From Candidatus Dormiibacterota bacterium (lineage in GTDB: Bacteria; Chloroflexota; Dormibacteria; Aeolococcales; Aeolococcaceae), in NCBI GenBank assembly GCA_963756075.1, contig CAVWMH010000002.1, forward strand, positions 327,422-391,421: 64,000 nt of DNA, written 5' to 3'. Below are positions 38,604 through 47,596 of this stretch, piece after piece. The translations under genes and the position numbers were made by a program. The stretch's first letter is position 1. Each line of letters starts with the position of its first letter. The notes under the pieces were generated by a model. The model saw only the letters and a program-made list of their open reading frames with translations, did not search any database and had not been told where the DNA came from.

Positions 38604-39574
38604 CCCGCTTCCTCATCCGTCGCTCCGTCATGGGCCTGTTCACCCTTTGGGTGATCATCACTCTGGTCTTCGTCCTCTACTACGGCGCCCCGCACGATCC
38701 TGCCCGGCAGCTCGCCGGCCTGCACGCGACTGCGCAGGCGATTGCGCAGATCAACCGGGAGTACGGGTTCAACGACCCAATCCTCGTGCAGTATTGGCAC
38801 TACCTTTCCCGCCTGGTGCCTATTCCAGGCCACTTCAACCTCGGCGTGTCCAACACCGATCGACTGCCGGTGACCACGATCCTCGCCGAAGCGGTCCCGA
38901 TCGACATTTCGCTCGCGGTCGGCGCAGCGGTTATCTGGATGGCTTTGGGCATCAGCGTCGGGGTGCTCGCCGCGCGCCGCCCACGTACCCTTTGGGACCG
39001 GGGCGCCACAGTGTTCGTGCTCACCGGCATCTCCATGCCGACCTTTATCCTCGGCCTGCTGCTGCTCTACGTCTTCTACTACGTCCTCACGATCCACGGC
39101 CTCGCGATATTCCCCAAGGCGGGATCCTGGACACCCTTTACGACGAACCCACTGGAGTGGGCTCACGACCTCATACTGCCGTGGATCACCCTCGCGCTGA
39201 TCACAGCCGCCACGTACTCCCGGCTGACGCGCAGCTCACTGCTCGAGACCCTCGGCGAGGACTACATCAGAACCGCTCGTGCCAAGGGACTGAGTGAGCG
39301 CCGCGTCGTGTACCGGCACGCCATGCGCAGCGCGCTGACACCGATCGTCACGCAGTTCGGCATCGACCTCGCCACCGTGCTCGGCGGCGCAATCATCACC
39401 GAGAGCGTTTTCGGTCTGCCCGGCCTCGGCCTGACGGTGGTGCAGGCGATCCAGCAGCAGAATCTCCCAGTGACCATCGGCGTGGTGCTTGTTGCCTCCA
39501 CGTTTGTAGTTGTGGCCAACATCGTGGTCGACGCGCTGTACGCTGTTCTGGACCCGCGTGTGCGGGTGAGCTGA
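38600..39574 (+). CDS. ABC transporter permease (OppB/DppB-like)
   Basis: 'MTRFLIRRSVMGLFTLWVIITLVF' is an OppB-type N-terminus, and 'EDYIRTARAKGLSERRV' is the conserved EAA-loop region. Confidence 0.92.
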   Translation: MTRFLIRRSVMGLFTLWVIITLVFVLYYGAPHDPARQLAGLHATAQAIAQINREYGFNDPILVQYWHYLSRLVPIPGHFNLGVSNTDRLPVTTILAEAVPIDISLAVGAAVIWMALGISVGVLAARRPRTLWDRGATVFVLTGISMPTFILGLLLLYVFYYVLTIHGLAIFPKAGSWTPFTTNPLEWAHDLILPWITLALITAATYSRLTRSSLLETLGEDYIRTARAKGLSERRVVYRHAMRSALTPIVTQFGIDLATVLGGAIITESVFGLPGLGLTVVQAIQQQNLPVTIGVVLVASTFVVVANIVVDALYAVLDPRVRVS

Positions 39575-39699
39575 CTGGGGAGCGGACTGGCTCGGCACCA
39601 TGGAGGTCAACGATTCGGTCGCGCTGCGCACGATCTAAGGCTCTGACCGCGCTCGCGCGCGTGGCATCGCGATCCGTGGCGCACTGCTAGGCTCGCGAT

Positions 39700-40584
39700 G
39701 TGAAGGTGGCCAGCGACGTACCCGGGATGCGGGCTCAGGAGGACGGCTTCACCGGCGTACGTGGGCTCCGGATCCACACGAGGACGTGGCTTCCGGCGGG
39801 CCCACCGGCGGGGGTCGTGGTGATCGCCCACGGATTCGCCGAGCACGGCGGCCGGTACGCGGCCGTGGCCGCGCGCCTTGTCGCCGAGGGCTTCGCCGTT
39901 CGCGCCGCCGACCATCGTGGGCACGGGCTCAGCGAGGGAAGGCGGACCAGTGTCGTGCGCTTCGACGACTACGTCGACGATCTCACGATCGTGATCGCGC
40001 AGGCACGTGCGCGCTGGCCGTCGCTGCGTGTGGTGCTGCTCGGTCACAGCATGGGCGGTCTCATCGCGCTCGACCTAGCTGTGCGGCCCAACAGCTCGCT
40101 CGACGGGCTCGTGCTCTCCGCGCCGGCGGCGTGTCCGCGCGAGGTGTCGACATTCACGCTCGCCGTCGGCCGGGCTCTGTCACGGATCGCGCCCAACACC
40201 GGTGTCCTGCGTCTGCCCCTCAACCGCATCAGCCGCGACGCTGCTGTCGTGGACGCCTACAACAACGACCCGCTCGTGTTTCGCACGCCGATCCGCGCTC
40301 GCCTCGGAGCGGAGATGCTCGATGCGATGGCACGTGTCGAGGCCGGATTGCCGTCGCTGCGGACCCCGCTACTGGTGATGCAGGGCACCGCGGACGGCCT
40401 GGTCGACCCGGGATGTGGACCGCACGTCTACGATCGCGCGGGATCACCTGACAAAACGCTGAAGATGTACGAGGGCCTCTGGCACGAGATCTTCAACGAG
40501 CCTGAGCGCGACGACGTGCTCGGCGATCTGACCGCCTGGCTGCGGCCTCATCTTGGTGAGCCGGTCGCGGCAGCCGAGGACTAG
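39700..40584 (+). CDS. alpha/beta hydrolase (monoacylglycerol lipase / lysophospholipase-like)
   Basis: 'VVVIAHGFAEHGGRY' and nucleophile elbow 'LLGHSMGG'. GTG start 6 nt after a TAGGCT -10-like hexamer, so possibly leaderless. Confidence 0.88.
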   Translation: MKVASDVPGMRAQEDGFTGVRGLRIHTRTWLPAGPPAGVVVIAHGFAEHGGRYAAVAARLVAEGFAVRAADHRGHGLSEGRRTSVVRFDDYVDDLTIVIAQARARWPSLRVVLLGHSMGGLIALDLAVRPNSSLDGLVLSAPAACPREVSTFTLAVGRALSRIAPNTGVLRLPLNRISRDAAVVDAYNNDPLVFRTPIRARLGAEMLDAMARVEAGLPSLRTPLLVMQGTADGLVDPGCGPHVYDRAGSPDKTLKMYEGLWHEIFNEPERDDVLGDLTAWLRPHLGEPVAAAED

Positions 40585-40596
40585 AGTTCATCAACG

Positions 40597-41400
40597 ATGC
40601 GCGAAGCGTGGTTGATCAAACCCGGTGCGAAGGTCGACATCGCAACCATCGATCCCGCCGACACGAGCGCGCTGCGCGGCGGCCGTCGGGCTGCCGATGC
40701 CGCCCTCGTCGGCGATGTGCCGACGCTCGTCGAGTGGCAGACGCGGCTCTGGGCGGAGGGCCGGCGTTCCGTGCTGCTCGTCCTCCAGGGCACCGATGCA
40801 TCGGGGAAGGACGGCACCATCGCGCACGTGTTCAGCGGCGTCAACCCGCAGGGCACGAGGGTGACGTCGTTCAAGCCACCGACCGCAGAAGAGCTGGCGC
40901 ACGACTTTCTCTGGCGGGTGCATCGGGCGACGCCTCGAGCGGGAGAGATTGGCATCTTCAATCGCTCCCACTACGAGGACGTGCTGGTCGCGCGCGTGCG
41001 CAAGCTCGTCCCCAAGCAGGTATGGAAGAAGCGTTACGACGACATCACCGCGTTTGAATCGTTGCTGACCCAAGGCGGGATGACGGTCATCAAATGCTGC
41101 CTGCTCATCTCCAAGGATGAGCAGCGGCGTCGCTTTGAAGAACGCCTCAAGGAGCCGCAGAAACGCTGGAAGTTCCAGCGTGGCGACATCGAGGATCGCG
41201 CGCTCTGGAAGGAGTATCAGGCCGCGTACTCAGAGGCGATCGAGCGCACGTCGACGAAGAATGCGCCGTGGTACGTCATCCCATCGGATCACAAGTGGTT
41301 CCGTAACTGGGCGGTGAGCCGGCTGCTCATCGAGACTCTCACCGAGATGGATCCGAAGTACCCTGATCCACCCGATCTCGCCGGTATCACCATCACCTGA
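40597..41400 (+). CDS. polyphosphate kinase 2 family protein (PPK2, single-domain)
   Basis: 'VLLVLQGTDASGKDGTIAHVFSGVNPQG' Walker-A-like motif and 'FNRSHYEDVLVARV' are characteristic of PPK2. Confidence 0.92.
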   Translation: MREAWLIKPGAKVDIATIDPADTSALRGGRRAADAALVGDVPTLVEWQTRLWAEGRRSVLLVLQGTDASGKDGTIAHVFSGVNPQGTRVTSFKPPTAEELAHDFLWRVHRATPRAGEIGIFNRSHYEDVLVARVRKLVPKQVWKKRYDDITAFESLLTQGGMTVIKCCLLISKDEQRRRFEERLKEPQKRWKFQRGDIEDRALWKEYQAAYSEAIERTSTKNAPWYVIPSDHKWFRNWAVSRLLIETLTEMDPKYPDPPDLAGITIT

Positions 41401-41409
41401 GACGCGCCG

Positions 41410-41967
41410 TCAGACCGGTCGTTCGCTGATCCATACCATCGAGTTGCCCGTCTTGGCCGGCGTATCGAGTGAGTCCGGCACGACACGGTCCAGACGGAAA
41501 CCCAGGGCTCGCGCGACACTCGCGCTCGCGATGTTGCCTGCATCGCAATGGATTTCGACGCTGAGAACACTCGGCATCGCGAGTGCGGCGTTGGTGAGCA
41601 GGCGCGCTGCCTCGGTCGCGATGCCGCGACGGTGGTATCCCGCGTGGACCCAGTAGCCGATCTCCAACGCAGCCGGCCCGACGCGTGGCATCAACCCGCA
41701 TCCGCCGACGAACTCGCCGGAGTCACACAGCGTGATGGCGTAGTTGGCTGCCGCGTCCCCGCCGAAGTGCTCGATCGACGGCTCGAGAAAGCTCATCACC
41801 GACTCGTCGGTCGGCGCTGACTGCGCCCACGGCATCCACGCTCGGAGGCTGTCGAGGCTCGCGGCGATCGCGTTCTTGACGGCGCCGCGGTCCTCCCGTC
41901 GATAACGACGCAGCGTCACAAGTGTGCCGCGCAACTCGTCCGGAGGATGGAGGTCCATGAGGTGCAT
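41410..41967 (-). CDS. GNAT-family N-acetyltransferase (RimJ/RimL-like)
   Basis: 185 aa. 'GYWVHAGYHRRGIATEAARLL' acetyl-CoA-binding motif region. Confidence 0.85.
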   Translation of the reverse strand: MHLMDLHPPDELRGTLVTLRRYRREDRGAVKNAIAASLDSLRAWMPWAQSAPTDESVMSFLEPSIEHFGGDAAANYAITLCDSGEFVGGCGLMPRVGPAALEIGYWVHAGYHRRGIATEAARLLTNAALAMPSVLSVEIHCDAGNIASASVARALGFRLDRVVPDSLDTPAKTGNSMVWISERPV

Positions 41968-42001
41968 TCTCTCGTAGCCTCACGGTCGCTCCGGCCTCGC
42001 G

Positions 42002-42080
42002 TGGCGACCCCGATCGGATTTGAACCGACGATCTCCACCTTGACAGGGTGGCGTGTTAGACCAGGCTACACCACGGGGCC
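42002..42080 (-). tRNA. tRNA-Asp (anticodon GUC), CCA encoded
   Basis: Folded by hand: acceptor GGCCCCG/CGGGGUC (one G-U), D stem GUGU/ACAC, anticodon stem CCACC/GGUGG with loop CUGUCAA, 5-nt variable loop, T arm GUCGG-UUCAAAU-CCGAU, discriminator G and a 3' CCA. Confidence 0.95.
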
Positions 42081-42128
42081 GCGAAGCACCCGATCATAGC
42101 AATCGGGCTCCGGGCGGACTGGACCAAC

Positions 42129-42647
42129 GTGCACGACCGTGCTCCAGGCGGACCGGAGTACGGTGCAGTCATGCCGCGCCGGCCCATGCGTCCCAACGAG
42201 ATCTCGTCCGGGGGAGTCGTGGTGCGGCGATCGCCGGACGGGTACGAAGTGTGTCTGATCAGCGACGGCCGCCACTGGGGTTTCCCGAAGGGCATCGTTG
42301 AGCGAGGCGAAACACCTGAGGCGGCCGCGCTCCGCGAGATCTCCGAGGAGACCGGCATTGATCGCGACGTGCTGGTGCTCCGGGCTCCATTGCCTGCTTC
42401 CGAGTACGTGTACAGGCGGCCGAACCAGGGCTCGCTGGTCTTCAAGCGTGTCCATCACTTCATCGTCGAGGCACCGGAGGGCACGGAGATACGCCCGGAC
42501 CCGAGCGAGATCGCCGAGGCAGCGTGGCTCCGCTTCGATGATGCCAAGACCCGTCTCAGCTTCAAGGACAGCATCGCAGTGCTCGACGCTGCGCGCGGCG
42601 TGCTGGAGCACGAGCAGCCGCGAGGGGCGCCGTCAAGCGCGCCGTAA
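42129..42647 (+). CDS. NUDIX hydrolase
   Basis: Nudix box 'GFPKGIVERGETPEAAALREISEETGI'. The start is either the GTG at 42129 or the ATG at 42171. Confidence 0.85.
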   Translation: MHDRAPGGPEYGAVMPRRPMRPNEISSGGVVVRRSPDGYEVCLISDGRHWGFPKGIVERGETPEAAALREISEETGIDRDVLVLRAPLPASEYVYRRPNQGSLVFKRVHHFIVEAPEGTEIRPDPSEIAEAAWLRFDDAKTRLSFKDSIAVLDAARGVLEHEQPRGAPSSAP

Positions 42648-42658
42648 AATCGAACCGC

Positions 42659-43853
42659 ATGCAATTGTTCGACACCGCCCGCCAGGAGGTGGTGCCCTTC
42701 GAGCCGCGGGGCGGACGGGTTGGCATCTACGTCTGCGGCATCACACCGTATAACTCGGCGCACCTCGGTCATGCCTTCGTCTATCACGTGTTCGATGTGC
42801 TCCAGCGCCGTTTTCGCGACGCGGGGCTCGGTGTGCGAAGCGTGCGCAATGTCACCGATGTCGACGACGACATCCTGCGGGTTGCGCGCGAGCGCCATGT
42901 TGATTTCCGAGAGCTGGCCACGGAGCAGGTGCGAATGTTCGACCACGATATGGCGGAGATCGGACTCCTCCCGGTCGACGCGGCGCCGCGCGCGACCGAG
43001 CATGTGGACGAGATGGTCGGCCTGATCGCGCAGTTGATCGACGGCGGCTACGCCTACACCGTCGACGGCTGGGCCTTCTTCGAACTCGGGGGTCTACCCG
43101 GACTACGGACGGCTGAGCCGGCTCGACCACGCGACCATGATCGAGCTCAGCCGTGAGCGCGGGGCCGATCCCGACGATCCCCGCAAGCGGCACGCGCTCG
43201 ACTTCGTGCTCTGGCAGTCATCCGCGCCCGGCGAGCCGAGCTGGCCGAGCCCCTGGGGCCTTGGGCGTCCCGGCTGGCACATCGAATGCACCGTGATGTC
43301 GACCGGCGCGCTCGGCCACCCCATCGACATTCACGGCGGCGGCGACGATCTCATCTATCCGCACCACGAATCGGAGATCGCCCAGGCCGAGGCCGCCGGG
43401 ATCGCGCCGTACGTCAGGCATTGGACGCACGTCGCGATGGTCAACCACCAGGGAACCAAGATGAGCAAGTCACTCGGCAACCTCGTCTTCGTGCGTGATC
43501 TGATCGCTCGCGTTCCGGGCGCCGCCGTGCGCCTGCTCCTGGCGTCCCACCACTACCGCGAGTCCTGGGAGTACGACGATGCCGAGGTGGGCGCTGCGGC
43601 GGCTCGGCTCCGTCGTTATCGAGAGGCGATGCAAGCAGGCGGCACCCTGAGTCACGAGGCCGCGCATCGCCACGAGCAGCGATTCTTCGAGCGTCTCGAC
43701 GACGACCTCGACACGCCGGGGGCGCTCAACGAGCTCGACGCCATCGCGCAGGAGCTCTCGGGCGGTAGCGCCGGTCCCGGCACCGAAGGTCAGCAGCTGC
43801 TCGGTCGGCTGCTTGGCGTCCTCGGCGCGGAGACCGAGGCCGTTCCGGCTTGA
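42659..43853 (+). pseudogene. cysS: short class-I cysteine ligase of the CysRS/MshC family (no C-terminal anticodon-binding extension), apparent frameshift in a G5 run at 43087-43091
   Basis: 'YVCGITPYNSAHLGHA' (HIGH), 'PGWHIEC', 'HGGGDDLIYPHHESEIAQ' and 'KMSKSLGN'. ORFs 42659..43156 and 43137..43853 join as '..WAFFEL / YPDYGRLSRLDHATMIELSRERGADPDDP'. The joined length is about 398 aa, and the 'ERGADP' segment resembles MshC. Confidence 0.82.
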
Positions 43854-43857
43854 GCTG

Positions 43858-44553
43858 TCAGCGGCCCCAGGGGGCGCGATCGCCGCGAGCCCGGAAACGC
43901 AGCACGGCGGAGGAGATGTTCTCCTCGAGGAACTTGTAGAAGAGCTGTCGCTGCGACACGTCGATGGCGGCCTCCACCTCCTGGCCCTCGCGGCGACGAG
44001 CGATCCACGGGGGGACGCCGTCGGCGACCATCTCGGTGCCCACGCGAACGTGCACCAGCGAGTCGTTGTCCTCGGCGACGTGCACGACCACTTTGAGAAT
44101 GAGGCCGGTGTGCTCGACGATCCGCCAGCTCCGTTCCCAGCGAGCCTTGCGAGCCGGGTCGTGAGCGAGACGGACGGATTCGTCGACGATCACGCTCTCG
44201 CCGCTTCGGGCCGCGCGGCCCAGCAGGCGCCGGACGCTCTGATCGAGATCACGAGCAATCCAGTTGACGAGCGACGGTGCGCGATCGTTGAGGTCCGGAA
44301 ACCCATTGGGGTCCTTGGCGAGCTCGCCGATGGCCTGCACGGTGCCGGCATGGCGGCGGCAGTAGCTGATGCCCGAGAAGGACACGCTGTGCGCCGGGCA
44401 GAACGAAGCCTGGCACTGGCGGCCGCGACGGTCGCGGTAGGCGCAGAGTTGCGCACTCGTGCTCGTGCATCCCCGCAGGGAGCAGTGCAGCGCGGTGGGC
44501 ACGAGAGAGCCATTGCTGGTGTCGTGCGGGCTGGGCTGGAACACGGTGGTCAT
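43858..44553 (-). CDS. hypothetical protein with Cys/His-rich N-terminal region
   Basis: 231-aa ORF with gene-like composition. N-terminal '[46 protein letters not shown]' suggests metal-binding clusters. I recognise no family. Confidence 0.6.
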   Translation of the reverse strand: MTTVFQPSPHDTSNGSLVPTALHCSLRGCTSTSAQLCAYRDRRGRQCQASFCPAHSVSFSGISYCRRHAGTVQAIGELAKDPNGFPDLNDRAPSLVNWIARDLDQSVRRLLGRAARSGESVIVDESVRLAHDPARKARWERSWRIVEHTGLILKVVVHVAEDNDSLVHVRVGTEMVADGVPPWIARRREGQEVEAAIDVSQRQLFYKFLEENISSAVLRFRARGDRAPWGR

Positions 44554-44596
44554 CGGCGGAACTCCATCGGGGACGATCCTACCCCGGGGTTGCCGC

Positions 44597-45631
44597 TCAG
44601 ACCGGTGACGGAGCTGTTGCGACCTGTCGATCCAGTGCGACGGCGAGGCGGCGAATCGATCCCATCAACGCCGCGAACGCAGCCGGCGTCAGGGACTGCG
44701 CGCCGTCGCTCCGGGCGTTCTCCGGGTCGGGGTGCACCTCGATCATGAGACCGTCGGCGCCCGCCGCGATGGCGGCCCGCGCCATCGGCGGCACCAGGTG
44801 GCGATGGCCCGTTGCGTGGGAGGGATCGACGATCACCGGCAGGTGCGACAGCGACTTGACGACGGGCACCGCGCTCAGGTCGAGGGTGTTGCGCGTCGCC
44901 GCCTCGAACGTGCGGATGCCGCGCTCGCACAGGACCACGTTCGGGTTGCCGTGAGCCACCACGTATTCAGCGGCGAGCAGCCACTCCTCGATGGTGTTGC
45001 TCAGGCCGCGCTTCAGGAGCACCGGGCGGCGTGCGCCGCCGACAGCCTCGAGCAGCGCGAAGTTCTGGGCGTTGCGGGTGCCGACCTGGAGCATGTCGGC
45101 GTACTCCGACACCAGGTCCACGTCTGCCGGGGTCAGCACCTCGGTGACCACCGGCAACCCGGTTGCCTCACGGGCCTCGGCGAGGTGGCGAAGCCCGTCC
45201 AGGCCGAGCCCGCGGAACGAGTACGGCGACGAACGAGGCTTGAAGGCGCCTCCGCGGAACATGCTCGCGCCGGCGTCCGCCACATCCCGCGCGGTCGCGA
45301 GCACCTGCTCGCGGCTCTCGACGGCGCACGGTCCGGCGATGACGACGAAGGAGCCGTCGCCGAAGCGGACGCCGGAGACATCGACCACGGTTGGCTCAGG
45401 ATGCCACTCCCTGGTGACCTGCTTGTACGGCTTGCTCACCGGGATCGCGTCGACCACGCCGGGGAGATCGCAGATCGCGTCGCGTATCGACCCCGGGTTG
45501 CTGCCGAGCACGCCGATCGCGAGGCGATCCGCGCCTGGCAGCTCGATCGGCTCGAAACCGCGCTCGCGGATGTGCCTCGTGACGTTGGCGATCTGCTCTG
45601 GAGTCGCCTGCACGTTCATGAGGACCAGCAT
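44597..45631 (-). CDS. aroF: 3-deoxy-7-phosphoheptulonate (DAHP) synthase, type I-beta with N-terminal regulatory domain
   Basis: '[14 protein letters not shown]...[19 protein letters not shown]' is the KDO8P/DAHPS I-beta core, preceded by a ferredoxin-like/ACT-type domain of about 70 aa. Confidence 0.92.
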   Translation of the reverse strand: MLVLMNVQATPEQIANVTRHIRERGFEPIELPGADRLAIGVLGSNPGSIRDAICDLPGVVDAIPVSKPYKQVTREWHPEPTVVDVSGVRFGDGSFVVIAGPCAVESREQVLATARDVADAGASMFRGGAFKPRSSPYSFRGLGLDGLRHLAEAREATGLPVVTEVLTPADVDLVSEYADMLQVGTRNAQNFALLEAVGGARRPVLLKRGLSNTIEEWLLAAEYVVAHGNPNVVLCERGIRTFEAATRNTLDLSAVPVVKSLSHLPVIVDPSHATGHRHLVPPMARAAIAAGADGLMIEVHPDPENARSDGAQSLTPAAFAALMGSIRRLAVALDRQVATAPSPV

Positions 45632-45656
45632 CGCCTGATCCTACGAGAAGCAGGCG

Positions 45657-46239
45657 TCATGTCCACCTCCAGCTGTTCAGGACGTCCTGCAGGGCACTGG
45701 CGTCCGGGCCGCCGGCCTGCGCCGTGGTCAGCGCGATCTCGTAGGTGTTGCCGGCCCTGTTCACGACCATCGCCACGGTCTCCTGTCCCGGCGCCGCCGC
45801 TGGGCACGACCATATAGGTGATGACCACGCCGGATGCGCCATCGATGCTCACGGGCTCCGCCGGCGTCACGCCGGTCGCCCCCGCCGGCTTGATGCTGGT
45901 CAGATATTGCGCGAGCTGATCGTCCCCAACCGGCTGCGGTGTCGTCCTCGCGACGATCAGGCCATGGTCGGGCGAGGCGAGGAGCATGAGGACCGTGCCG
46001 CTCCCGCTGAGCGAGGCAACAGCGCTCTGGCTGCTCGTCTGATCCTGCCAGCCCGCGGGAATGTCGGTTCGGAAACCCGATCCGGCGAACGGCCTCGGCG
46101 CGGCGCTCGGGGCCGACGACGATGATGTGCTGGAGCTCGGGGTCACCGTGACTCTCGGCGCACCGCACGCGCTGACGAGCAGAGTCACGATGCACGCGGT
46201 CGCGGCGAGGGCGCGCGCGGAGAGGGAGGGCACAGTCAC
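45657..46239 (-). pseudogene. lipoprotein of unknown function, apparent frameshift near 45800
   Basis: Lipobox 'LLVSACGA' and a Ser-rich linker. After 'GASGVVITYM' the sensible sequence continues in the frame of ORF 45657..45842 ('PAAAPGQETVAMVVNRAGNTYEIALTTAQ...'). Confidence 0.58.
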
Positions 46240-46301
46240 GTCACCGAGGATAGCCGAGCCATCCCGCCTGAGCAGCTATCGATGCGAGGAGAATCCCACG
46301 C

Positions 46302-47126
46302 ATGGCAACGCGCTCCGCTCTTCACGTCACGCGCCTGGAGGCGGCACACGCCGGCCAGCTTGCCGCGCTCATCGACCGTGAGCCGGTGACCAACGTCTAT
46401 CTGCGTAGCGAGCTGCGGCTCGGGTTCGACGCGGGTGACTGGTGGGGCGCCTTCGAAGATGACGAGCTCACCGCGGTGGTGCTGGGATGGTCACTCGTGG
46501 TGCCGTACATCCCCGACCTCGAAGCGGCAGCGCCGCTCGCGCAGGCGTTGATCACCGGAGCACAGCCGCGCATGGTGGTGGGTCCAAGGGCGTCGGTGAT
46601 GGCTCTGCACAACGCGTTTCGCCCTGCTCGACCCGCGCGCGAGCTGCGCGATCCCCAGCCGTTGATGGTCCTCGATCGCGGCGATCTGCGTGGCACGCCG
46701 TCCGAGGACGTGCGTCTCTCGACACGCGGCGACCTGGATGCGCTGATCGTCGCCGCAGCGCGAATGCATCGTGAGGAGATGGGCATCGACCCGCTGGCGG
46801 TGGATGCGCCCGCGTGGCGGATGCGCATGCTCAGCCTCATCGAGCGTCGCTGGAGCTGGATCTGGATGCGCGAGCACGAGGTGTTGTTCAAGGCGGAGCT
46901 CTCCGCGTGGACGCCGGAGGTGGTGCAGATCCAGGGGGTGTACACGGCGCCGAAGTACCGCGGCCGGGGCATCGCACGTGCCGGGCTCGCCGCCATCTGC
47001 GCCCACGTCTTCCGCGAGGTGCCTCGCTGCAGCCTCTACGTCAACCAGTACAACGTGATAGCGCAGCGCGTCTACGACCGGCTGGGATTCAAACCGGCGG
47101 ACGTGTTCGCCACAGTGATGTACTAA
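46302..47126 (+). CDS. GNAT-family acetyltransferase with N-terminal DUF4081-like domain
   Basis: C-terminal 'IQGVYTAPKYRGRGIARAGLAAIC...VNQYNVIAQRVYDRLGF' GNAT motifs A/B. The N-terminal family call is from memory. Confidence 0.8.
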   Translation: MATRSALHVTRLEAAHAGQLAALIDREPVTNVYLRSELRLGFDAGDWWGAFEDDELTAVVLGWSLVVPYIPDLEAAAPLAQALITGAQPRMVVGPRASVMALHNAFRPARPARELRDPQPLMVLDRGDLRGTPSEDVRLSTRGDLDALIVAAARMHREEMGIDPLAVDAPAWRMRMLSLIERRWSWIWMREHEVLFKAELSAWTPEVVQIQGVYTAPKYRGRGIARAGLAAICAHVFREVPRCSLYVNQYNVIAQRVYDRLGFKPADVFATVMY

Positions 47127-47137
47127 GCGCTGCATCC

Positions 47138-47596
47138 ATGATCGAGACACGCGCCGACGTCACCCTGCCCGTCCCGCCCGAGGAAGCCTTCGCGGTGGTG
47201 GCGGATATCGAACACGCCGACTGGCTTCCGGCGATCCGGCGGCTCCGACACATCGGCGGCCCGTCCTCCGGCGTCGGCGCGCGCTACGAGGTCGAGGCGG
47301 GGCTCGTGGGCCGCCATCTTCGCGGCGTGCTCGTGTGCACCGAGCTGACGCCGCCGACGCGCATGGTGCTGACCCTCGAGGAAGGTTTGGATCTGACGCT
47401 CGAGGTCACCATTCGCAAGGTGGTTGGCGGATGCAAGGTGGTGATGTCGGCTCGGTACTCTGTGACCGGCCGTCCCTTTGCGGGCGCGGTTGAACTCGCC
47501 TCGCAGGGTCCTGCTCGACGGGAGACCGCACGCGCCTGCGAGCAGCTTGCCGCCCGCTTCGGGCGAAAGGATGATCTCAGGAGCGCCGCATCATGA
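47138..47596 (+). CDS. SRPBCC-superfamily (polyketide cyclase/dehydrase-like) ligand-binding protein
   Basis: ATG at 47138 inside ORF 46814..47596. 'MIETRADVTLPVPPEEAFAVVADIEHADWLP' is a typical SRPBCC N-terminus. 152 aa. Confidence 0.75.
   Translation: MIETRADVTLPVPPEEAFAVVADIEHADWLPAIRRLRHIGGPSSGVGARYEVEAGLVGRHLRGVLVCTELTPPTRMVLTLEEGLDLTLEVTIRKVVGGCKVVMSARYSVTGRPFAGAVELASQGPARRETARACEQLAARFGRKDDLRSAAS

Noticed and set aside
41968-42128. tRNA-Asp as an integration site of a mobile element or genomic island.
   Set aside because: I found no integrase, no direct repeat of the tRNA 3' end and no compositional shift in the flanking genes (GNAT, NUDIX, cysteine ligase).
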